A DNA stretch of 64,000 bases from contig NC_092672.1 of assembly GCF_964355755.1 (NCBI RefSeq), positions 20,721,237-20,785,236 on the forward strand, read 5' to 3'. Shown piece by piece: positions 23,967-34,893 of this stretch. Both the position numbers and the translations under genes were made by a program. Under the pieces are notes generated by a model. That model had not been told where the DNA came from. It ran no database searches and saw nothing but the letters and a program-made list of their open reading frames with translations. The stretch is from Antedon mediterranea (Eukaryota; Animalia; Echinodermata). Each line of letters begins with the position of its first letter. Position 1 is the stretch's first letter.

Positions 23967-26900
23967 CTAGCTATTTTTGATTTCCTCTAATTTATGTCTA
24001 ATGTCTTCCTCTAGTTGAGCTAATTGCTCTTTTTTTTCAGAAGCGGTTCTACGCAAGCTATTAGCTTTGGCAATGAGGGTAAGACTACCTTTACTTTCAG
24101 CTTGATCGGAAAACTTTGCAGACGATTTTTCTAAACCCATAATATCAGCAATACATCGTTTTTTGGCTTTCTTTAAGTTATCTAACTCATCGATCGTCGA
24201 TTTTCTCTTAATAGCCTTTGAAGATTCTGCCGCTTTACGTTTTTCATTATCAAGATGGAGATTATAGCGTTGCCTAGCCCCACTCACAGAAGTAATTAAT
24301 TGGGGCGTTATCTTTACAGACAAAACACCACCAACTGAAGCTATGTGACCGCATACAACGCGCTTCGAAACATATGTACTCTCTGACATATTGACAGCCG
24401 CTACCTCCTTGTTTACACTAAAACCTCTCTCAACAGTCGCCTGGCCATGGGAAAGCATTAGAATCAATTTTACTACCCCCTAGAATGCGTGATACTTAGT
24501 GGTTTTGCTAAGGGGGTCATAGTAAAATTCGTCAATTCTACATTTAGGATCGTATTCAGTGAAATCTGATAAATTATTTAACACAACAAAATCATAGAAT
24601 TCGTTTGCCTGATTAACAATTTCATCACACATGTCATGGTTGATTTTTTGGTTGTCTGCTAATATGTTTAATACAGCCTTTAGTCTACCAACATTAAGAG
24701 ATCGCGCATTACCACTTAAACAAAAATTTCTTGGATCGAGAAATTTCGCTTTTTGAACGATTCTGAAACCAAGTGGGCATTTAGATAGCACTTTCTTAAC
24801 AATTGTAAGAACCATGGTCTTACACTCATTTTTAAACGTGAGTTCTTGTAACTCGGACACCTTCTTTTTCTTGATCAACTCCTTTATATGCTCTGAAGCT
24901 AATATTCCACAGTCTACTTTGTTAGCAAGTAAATGGTTTTTCGTTTCATCTATATTAAAGTTAGTGAAACTTTGGCCATTCACGAGCCCGGAAAGGACGT
25001 CTGGTTTAATGACCAATCTCAATAGCCCTCTCAAACATGCCACTAGATCTTTCTCAAGAAACGGTATCATTGGTTGATCTGTTTGATATTTTTAAAGAAA
25101 CGTTTCCATTTGTGTGGCCACCATCACAAAAAAGTGCATTCTGGGCACCGTAAATAAGTCTACTGAAGCAGCCTTCAGAGTGTCATACGACTTTGTTTTT
25201 GGGTCATTTATTTTCTTTTCGGTCACCTGCTTGATGTACGTTTTAAGGTGCGGAAAAACACTGAGAAACCGCTTCGCAACTGCAGCATTCTCCACCCATC
25301 TGTGTTTACAAAACTTAAGGCCAAACACATGTGTGCCAGTAGCGTTCTCAAAATCTTCCCGACGAGCAGGGGTGTCTTTGAACAGTATTTGTAAACTAGA
25401 CAGTATGTCGTAGACCTTCCAATCAATTGACTGCACACCACTTTGAAACCCATTGTGCATTACATGAAGGCCACACGACCCAATGTTGAGAACTGATGTA
25501 TTGTAATTCGTCTTTATATCGGCAGAGAGAAGTTTATAAAACTTCCAATTGACGTTTGGACCATCCATACCGATTTGAAGTAATTTTGCGAGATTTAGTT
25601 TGTCTGCACATATCTTAAAATCGGTGACGGACTTTCTCAGCAGTAGCATGACCCATGAATGTACTATCAAAGAATCTAGTTTCCACGTGGTTGTTAGCCC
25701 AAAATCGGACATGGATATCCATTTGCTTTAGTTGTGTACCTTTGTTTAGACTTTCATCAAATAGTAGAACGTAATCTGACTCATCCGTAACACGTTTCAG
25801 AAGTAATGACCTAAAATGAACAAAACTTAGACTAAAAACATTTGTTTTTCATACTCACCAGGCTCAATACAGAAATGCCTATTACAATTATTTATTTAAT
25901 CTAAATTGTAGGCCTATATCAATCGATATCAAACAAAACTTACCTAAAATATGGCGCTAACCCATAATTAACAACATAAGCAGACTTTTTTTCACCACAA
26001 CTAAATTTTGCAGCTATTCCACTATCTGGAAACATCGCCTGGAATACTTCATTTATTTCATCCATCGACTTGTTCGAATAGTGCCGGTTAGTCATGAATA
26101 AGGCCCACAATATTTCTGCTTTACGAATCTCCTCACTACTACCATGGATTAAAGAATAGAAGGATATGCATCGACGTGAGATCAAGGGTTCCTTGACTCT
26201 CGCCGACAGACCGCGGACCGCCCACAATGTTACAATTTAATTAACCGCATGGTAACAACGAAACGGTCGCGTGCCTAATATATTGTTTACTGCACATGTG
26301 CAACGACATTTAACCTTGTTGACTACGCTTCTTTCGCGCGTTCTTTGTTGCACTGTATGTATTCATACATATTTGAACAGTATAATCAGCAGTGGCGTAA
26401 CGGCTATGTGCGCTCACTGGCTAAACCGAAGCTTGGGGCCCATGAGCAGTGCCCAGAGGAACAGGCATAAAATATGTCGAAAAATGCTAAAAACGTCCAA
26501 GGCCTCGATCTTTGAAACTTGGAGGGCCACTTATGTTTCCTAAACAAGTGGCTTCAGGCCTCTGCCTCACGCCCGGGCCTCACGCCACTAGTTATTAAAT
26601 TACATTGTATGTTATTGTGAAGACCCTAGTGTAGGCCTACTTCATCAATATACCAGATAAAAACAATACTATATTGTTATTGGCTTAGAATTGTAGATGC
26701 TATAATTGTAATTAGTATAGGTTTCTGCCGCGATTGATCTACGCTAATGTTTTTATGACATTAAAGTAGCATTTTATGACCTGTAGTAGCCCTACATCTG
26801 AGACAATAACTATTTATTTGTTGTCTCAGCCTACATACATGTAAAATTACAAAATCAGCAAGGATACTAGGCCTAGGCCTTCTAGGCTTACTAGTAAACC

Positions 26901-28190
26901 ATATGATTTGCCGACATTGATGCTGCCTAGGTAGGCCTAGGCTAATCTTAAGTGTAGTAGATACAACGTGTAATCATGATCTATATACTCACCGTTGTCT
27001 TACTTCTTGTGTGAATAATAATAGGTACTTCGTTTGTTCGTGATTAAGTTTGCCCTGCGTGTACTTTTCAAAACGACCGCTAGGTAACGAATCGCAACTA
27101 TACATAGCCAGCCAATCCCGGATCAGGGATCGCTGTTTTCATTCAATTAGACCCGGTGATTGGATGTGATGTGGATGACATAACCACTAGCCAATCACCA
27201 GGCACTACAATTTAAATATAATCACATCGATAATTAAAGAGATTTACACGATTGTTGTATGGGTGAACACCGGCCACGCTAACAACATACATGGTCAAAT
27301 GCATAATTTAATATTCTATAGATTAACGCAATTTTTAATGACAGAAGATGGCAGGCAAATAATGATAATTCAAATATAAAAATTGCATATTTTATTAATG
27401 TTACCAACTACTTAAAATTACCAGTCATAAGAAAGTGAACTTTTCGTAGTCCGATTGTGATGTAACTAAAACAGAATTATTCAGCAATATATTTTTGTTG
27501 TCAATTAATCATCGACGCAGACATGTCAATAGAACATTCAGACTGCGCATACGATTTCTACATGGTTACGTTTTGGTCTCAAAAAATGTAACAGTTGATT
27601 CGCAGCGTTTTACAGAGGGCCGCGGTTAAAGACACGGAGTTCAATGAGCGTGTTTGTTTGATTGGCAGCAGTGCTTTAGTATAGGCAAGCGCGTTGTAAA
27701 ATCGTTTGATGTCACCGTTGATGCATATCCTTCTATTCTTTAATCCATGCTACTACTGAAATACTGCATCGTCGCCGGGCCACTTGGGTTCGTACGTTTC
27801 GGTATACTATTATCAACACTAGTGCCTGGTATGTCTTGTTGTTCAATAATACTGGTGATGGTACTATTAGATTTACTGGTGGATGTTGTTGGGTTGGACT
27901 TACTAAAAAATTGATTAACTTCTTGCGTCGTATTGTTAAACCTCAACTCCATTTGTTGTTTATGCTTTTTATTTTTTTCCGTTTTGATGAGATATTAACG
28001 CCGACCGTCCCATGTTGGAGATATCAAATGTTTTTCTACATAGTTTACACTTTGCCTCCGTTTTTATTGACGCACGGTTAATCCACGGGGAAAATTTGCT
28101 ATCAAAAAGCCAGGACTCTTGAAAAAAGCATGTACGCGTGACATGTTGGATAGATTTCCACTGACGAGAAAAGCACGATAAAAAACTCAT
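23967..28190 (-). pseudogene. hAT-like transposase pseudogene
   Basis: BED-like zinc finger AKCKLCRKTF..SH..GKK(H). DDE-associated motifs LLFDES, MDGPNVN, SCGLH, KHRWVEN and SHGQATVERGFS. One intron at about 25811-25943. Frameshifts near 27965, 25630 and 25090, a TAG at 24480-24482, and a 1.6-kb insertion. Confidence 0.88.
26143..27749. mobile_element. Non-autonomous P-element-like insertion in the transposase
   Basis: Perfect 30-bp TIR CATGGATTAAAGAATAGAAGGATATGCATC and 7-bp TSD CTACTAC. Removing it restores the frame MQYFSSSEEIRKAEILW. Confidence 0.85.
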
Positions 28191-28837
28191 CGGCAGCCAT
28201 ATAGAGACCGCTAATATACGCGCTTGCGGTGTGAGAGAGCCTCGCTGAGAGAGGTCACTATACTCGCATTCTATTTATAGCTTATCAGAGGCTATAAATA
28301 GAATGCGAGTATAGTCACTAATTAAAGTGTAATGCTAAAATGCTATGCATGTTTGCAATATTACATTCGTTAAATTAATGTTTAAACAAAATCGGAACAC
28401 AAAAAGGGCCAAGTATTTATTTCAATAGTAATAGCTATTATGCAATAATGTACTGTGGGGGAACAAAAGAATAGTTGGGCAAAGTTTTTTCAAGGTGATT
28501 GTCATCTGAACATCACTGGCCAGTGGCGTTCTGCAGTCAACAACCAACCTGATAAGAAAGCCTATTTCATGTACGAGCATTTATCGGCGGCGGAAAAGTC
28601 GGCACGTACAAACGTTGTTATCTTCCATGTACTTTCATACTTAATACTTTTATTGTTCAGTGTTTTCAAAACTTTATTAAAAAGAATTCATATAACTTTA
28701 TTGTATTTTAACAATTTTCAGGACATTCAAGGACAAATGCCAATTTCAAGGACTTTCCAGTACTTGAAAAAAGAGATTTATTTTTCCATGACTTTCAAGG
28801 AATTTAAGGACGCGTACGAAACCTGTTAATTTTACAG

Positions 28838-29770
28838 CTTGTTCAAGATCTCTTATTCATCTGTGGATAGGTGGATAAGACTGGCAGTGCAACTTGGTAT
28901 TCAATGGGATGTTATCAGTAATACCACAGGTAAAAACAGACAGGATGAATATGACATGTTGGAAGAGGTAGACAATGGTCAAGGCATTAACACAACAGGG
29001 ATGTGTTCATTTAGCTGATAGCTGGCAGCATAAAGCAGAACATCAACTACCTACAATGGTCAAGGCATTAACACAACAGGGATGTGTTGATATAGCTGAT
29101 AGCTGGCAACATACAGCAGCATATCAACTACCTACAATGGTCAAGGCATTAACACAACAGGGACGTGTTCATATAGCTGATAGCTGGCAACATGCAGCAG
29201 AACATCAACTACATACAATGGTCAAGGCATTAACACAACAGGGACATGTTGATATAGCTGATAGCTGGCAAGACGCAGCACCACATCAACTACCTACAAT
29301 GGTCAAGGCATTAACACAACAGGGATGTGTTGATATAGCTGATAGCTGGCAACATGCAGCAGAACATCAACTACATACAATGGTCAAGGCATTAACACAA
29401 CAGGGACGTGTTGATATAGCTGATAGCTGGCAAGACGCAGCAGCACATCAACTACCTACAATGGTCAAGGCATTAACACAACAGGGACGTGTTGATATAG
29501 CTGATAGCTGGCAAGATGCAGCAGCACATCAACTATCTACAATGGTCAAGGCATTAACACAACAGGGATGTGTTGATATAGCTGATAGCTGGTAAGATGC
29601 AGCAGCACATCAACTACCTACAATGGTCAAGGCATTAACACAACAGGGACGTGTTGATATAGCTGATAGCTGGCAACATGCAGCAGCACATCAACTAAAT
29701 ACAATGGTCAAGGCATTTAAACACAACAGGCTTTAAAAAAACAGGGACATGTTGATTTAGCTGATAAATC
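28838..29770 (+). pseudogene. Decayed death-domain exon
   Basis: After TTTACAG it reads SVDRWIRLAVQLGIQWDVISN...YDMLEE. A frameshift then leads into MVKALTQQGxVDIADSW, resembling death-domain helices 5-6, and it ends ALKKQGHVDLADK. Confidence 0.7.
28972..29716 (+). repeat. 81-bp (27-codon) tandem repeat, about 9 copies, of the death-domain C-terminal helices
   Basis: Period 81 (28972, 29053, ...). Corresponds to ORF 28975..29595. Confidence 0.95.
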
Positions 29771-29960
29771 ATTGTTTATTTTGATTTCTTGACACATGAA
29801 ACTGAGTGCCAATGCTATATAGTGTGCATCATTAGTATTACCATCAATATTATGATTATCAATATTATTATTATGATTAAAAGGGGCGCTTGATATATAA
29901 TATAATATAACACAGTAACAATGGGGATTATACAACCACACTTCTAAAATAATTTTAAAT

Positions 29961-30873
29961 ATTAACTGGTGCGTGTGAGTTGTGTACTCTCTCTTTAACT
30001 ATTAACTGGTGCGTGTGAGTTGTGTACTCTCTCTTTAACTATTAACTGGTGCGTTTGAGTTGTGTACTCTCTCTTTAACTATTAACTGGTGCGTGTGAGT
30101 TGTGTACTCTCTCTTTAACTATTAACTGGTGCGTGTGAGTTGTGTACTCTCTCTTTAACTATTAACTGGTGCGTTTGAGTTGTGTACTCTCTCTTTAACT
30201 ATTAACTGGTGCGTTTGAGTTGTGTACTCTCTCTTTAACTATTAACTGGTGCGTGTGAGTTGTGTACTCTCTCTTTAACTATTAACTGGTGCGTGTGAGT
30301 TGTGTACTCTCTCTTTAACTATTAACTGGTGCGTTTGAGTTGTGTACTCTCTCTTTAACTATTAACTGGTGCGTGTGAGTTGTGTACTCTCTCTTTAACT
30401 ATTAACTGGTGAGTTTGAGTTGTGTACTCTCTCTTTAACTATTAACTGGTGCGTGTGAGTTGTGTACTCTCTCTTTAACTATTAACTGGTGCGTTTGAGT
30501 TGTGTACTCTCTCTTTAACTATTAACTGGTGCGTGTGAGTTGTGTACTCTCTCTTTAACTATTAACTGGTGCGTGTGAGTTGTGTACTCTCTCTTTAACT
30601 ACTAACTGGTGCGTGTGAGTTGTGTACTCTCTCTTTAACTATTAACTGGTGCGTTTGAGTTGTGTACTCTCTCTTTAACTATTAACTGGTGCGTGTGAGT
30701 TGTGTACTCTCTCTTTAACTATTAACTGGTGCGTGTGAGTTGTGTACTCTCTCTTTAACTATTAACTGGTGCGTTTGAGTTGTGTACTCTCTCTTTAACT
30801 ATTAACTGGTGCGTTTGAGTTGTGTACTCTCTCTTTAACTATTAACTGGTGCGTGTGAGTTGTGTACTCTCTT
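29961..30873. repeat. 40-bp minisatellite, about 23 copies
   Basis: Unit ATTAACTGGTGCGT(G/T)TGAGTTGTGTACTCTCTCTTTAACT. Confidence 0.97.
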
Positions 30874-33800
30874 TTTACCAAAAACAAGATCAGCAATGCA
30901 TCTTGGGGTTTATAGTGGGCTGCTAAAATTAAAAAAATTATTGGAATTGGAATGATAGGACCGTATAGAATTTATTTTTACATTAAATGTAGTTTGTGAC
31001 CTTAGATTAGATCTAAAAAAAAAATGTAGGGAAAGGGACTGTTGTAGGACTTGCTGTAACTGCAGTTTTTTTTTTGGTATATAAGATGAGTCTTAGTAAT
31101 TCGTGCTTTAGTGGCTATGGCTAGTTTTAGTGGCGTACATGGTAAACCCACTGTGTATTGATTAGCAAAAACATTAACATTCAGAATTAAATAGTCAAAG
31201 ATTTAAATGTTTTATTGGTATAGCTTTATTCAATATTTTTTATTATTGACCTGACTAAACTTTTAAACTTATCTTGTAAAGATAAAGTAAAATGTTGGTG
31301 TTCAGTATGTATTAATAACTGCCGATGATTTATAAAGGTTTAATAAGCTCTCTAAACAAACTTGCTAACAGTACATTTACTAAAGCCAAATTAGTAGAGG
31401 TAGAGTTACTGCATAAATACATATTTCATATTCTATTTTAATAAATGATATACAATCTTTTTTGTATTGTATTTTTGTTGTCTTTTAAATCTCAACGCGA
31501 GTCACAAGTAAACTCATTATATAATGTTAAGATAAATTGGTTGGTTTCAAAATAGTCAATTGACTATGGTACCAAAATAATAAATGATGTTTGATATTAT
31601 TATGGTATCTCTGAATTTAGTAAATGATTTGGCTATTGACTTGCCTTGCCCAGGTTTCTCTTTCGAGATTTCTTGAAACAACAAACTTCAATAAAAACTT
31701 TTATCATTGAAATAATGAAAAAAATGTTTAAATAATCACATTATAACAAAAACATCTTGACTAGGTCATATAGGGGGTCTCTGTTTTCGAAATTTTTCTA
31801 AAAACAAATTCTAAGTATTATTACATTATTATAGGTAATATTAATAATTTTTCTAAAAACAAATTTCTAAATAATTATTACTGTATTACATTAATTATTA
31901 TAGGTAATATTAATATTATAGTAAAAGACCAATCTTTTGGCACATATGGCGTTTCATACATATAACACTTGACCTATTTTTTCCGACAAAAATCACAACG
32001 ATGACTGGTGGACAACATGAAAAAGACAAATTTACAATGACTGGGAAAAGCCTATTAAAAAACTGTGTGTACTTTACAGAAATATGTGAAAACAACATTT
32101 TGACAAAATGACACTTTTATATTTAATTTCCTATGTTTTTATGTGTAAAATTAAATGTTTATCTCATAATTACTATAATATGAATCATCAGTTGATCTTC
32201 AGATATACCTTTTTGGATAGATCTGATGATGTAGATTATTTTCCGTGAATAAAAACAATCCTATATTTTGACCTTGTTTGACCTCTTGACCACATAAACT
32301 GACCTTAAAACCCAAAACTGAAGATGGCATCCACCCCTATCGTTTTTGCCTGCTATTAACAAAAAATGCCCCCCAAACTTTTTATAGAGGACTTTTGTGT
32401 ATTTGGCCTCTCTACTATAATACTAGCAATATATTTATATTTAGTAGCAACTTCAATAGCAATGCTACTATGTCATTAAGAGTGAAAAAAAAACATTCAT
32501 TTTAGATTTGACCAACAATTCTCCAATCAAATGACAAGAATTCGAGTAACTGACCTCAACTGACGGGCACACAAAAAATTTCAACACAAGCTTAGTTCCT
32601 TTCAGTTCTATTGTTTCGGGACTGAAAGAAACCGAATGCAACTTTAAATCATGTCACAAGTGCAGTAAGGTGACCACGACCATATAAGCTTACCTTACAG
32701 ACGGTCACAACGCACATACAGTCTTATGACTTATTTCCAATGGAATGGTGTCGGGAACACACACAATGTTTGAATCTGTAAATGATCCTAAATGCATGGG
32801 ACATAAAAATCACAAACTTAAATCATATTTCTGAGAATTATTTTTATTTACTGAAATTATATTGTTAGTTTTACATGATTTCTTTATAATAAAATTTAAA
32901 ATTTGGATAATTTCATATTCATTGACATGAAACTTACTCATGCGTGAAAACCAAATCAAAGCTGAAAGAGCTCCACAAAGACTCTGAATTCTTACAGTGT
33001 AATGGATGTTAAGTTTTATTGTACAACAATTGTATTATTGTTTGTATTGTGAATACAAATTGCTACGACAGCACACGCATGTAAAAATTAAATTGTGTCA
33101 ATATTCATTTTTCTTTCAACATATACAGTAGGCAATTTGCGGCATTTGACACAACCTTGATACTGGTGGTAGTTCCTGGATTAACATACTTAATCCTGAC
33201 ATGAACTGTATTATAACCTAACTGGACCATGATACAGCAACCCAAGTAACACAATACCAAAAGCTATATCAATGGCAGGAGTTGTTGTAACTTGCACAAA
33301 CTTGTTAATGATGGTAGTAGTTCCTTGATTTACAGGTTCCTCTTCAACACGTCTACCATTCTGGTGCTCACTAACTATTGGTTTATGTGTAGCACATTGT
33401 TCATTTGAGCTCTTCTTTTGAGATATTTCATCCCCATCTTTCTTTTGTTCAATGTTTACTAGGCCTATTGTATTTCCTTCACTTCTACCACTATTACAGT
33501 TCAGGTTACCATTTTCATGAAATTGTATTCTAGAATTGTGTTTTACATTTTCTGGTTCTTCAATTTCATTGATGCTCTTACTGTCATGAGGTTCATTATC
33601 CAATGATACTACTGACAGTATACCTTCTGTTAATATGCTATTGTTTTGTTGCGATTGTTCATCATTGCATTCTTGCACATCAGAATCAGCAAACTGGTAA
33701 AAATAAATGTTAAATTGTATTAAATTGTATCAAGAAAAAAAAAATTAGATTAAAAATCATAAACTGAATGTTTATGATTTGAATACGGAGAATATTTCAT

Positions 33801-34605
33801 GAAAATTAACTGATTGACCATTTAATGAGGCGGAACCAAGCACAGGCAATCTCTCAGTAAATGAAATATACTCTATTCAACATTATTAGTTTTATAGCAC
33901 AGTACATATGATGATGTGTTAATTTAACATTAAAGTAAGTACCTGTAAATGAGGATGTGTTAGTGATGAAGGAACATACTTCACATTGTAAAGTCTGTTA
34001 GTGCAGCGAAGATTGAAAATTGCTAGTTTTAAGTAAAAGGCCTACCTCGTCTGAATTCAATTCATTTAATTGTTCATCTAACTTGCGTTGGTGTAAACGA
34101 ATTGAATATCCAATCATAGCATACTGTATGACACGTGCTGCCTCATGTCGTCTCTTTACATCTTCTCTCACCTTCCAGCCTCTAAAACCTACAACATATC
34201 AATTCTAATTAGTGACAATTAGTGGCTTGGTTTGGTAACAGCATGATGCCTGCAAGATATTTGTCAAAACACAATTACAATCAATACCTGCTTGAATGAT
34301 GACAACAGCTGCCTCTTGTTTACTTTTGGTTGCCAGGATCTTCCTCCACCATATCTGGATTACACCAGCACTTAAATTGAATTCCTTCAATCTTGCAACT
34401 TCAAGTTTATCCAACTAAATAAAAAATAACGGAATATAATAAATATACAATGATGCAGATTCTTACTTACTTTTTTACACTGACAAGTACAAGCTACTTA
34501 GAGGTGAAAACCCCGAGGGAATGATATTTTTCTAAGGAACTAAATATTACATCTGTTATATTAAAATATGTAGCAAAGTTTAAGTAGACTTGGCTGGGTC
34601 GGCTA

Positions 34606-34893
34606 GCCTAAGTAATAAGACTGCCTAGTTCACCTTACCTTGCCTAAGTAATAAGACTGCCTAGTTCACATTACCTTGCCTAAGTAATAAGACTGCCTAG
34701 TTCACCTTACCTTGCCTAAGTAATAAGACTGCCTAGTTCACCTTACCTTGCCTAAGTAATAAGACTGCCTAGTTCACCTTACCTTGCCTAAGTAATAAGA
34801 CTGCCTAGTTCACCTTACCTTGCCTAAGTAATAAGACTGCCTAGTTCACCTTACCTTGCCTAAGTAATAAGACTGCCTAGTTCACCTTACCTT
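34606..34893. repeat. 36-bp minisatellite, 8 copies
   Basis: Unit GCCTAAGTAATAAGACTGCCTAGTTCACCTTACCTT. Confidence 0.95.

Larger units (their letters stand above)
23354..28825 (-). mobile_element. Full-length hAT-like DNA transposon with 6-bp TSD
   Basis: Termini CAGGGTTCGTAC...GTACGAAACCTG (11/12 match). TSD TTAATT at 23348-23353 and 28826-28831. Subterminal TTCAAGGAC repeats at both ends and an internal transposase. Confidence 0.88.

Noticed and set aside
24814-25413. Plus-strand ORFs over the transposase
   Set aside because: They are antisense shadows of the minus-strand transposase.
29961-30873. CRISPR-like regular repeats (also 42197-43689 and 19512-19860)
   Set aside because: Units are head-to-tail with no unique spacers, there are no cas genes, and the context is eukaryotic.
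33943-33994. Possible extra MYO19 micro-exon
   Set aside because: It is 52 bp with AG/GT ends, but would shift the frame between two phase-0-compatible exons.
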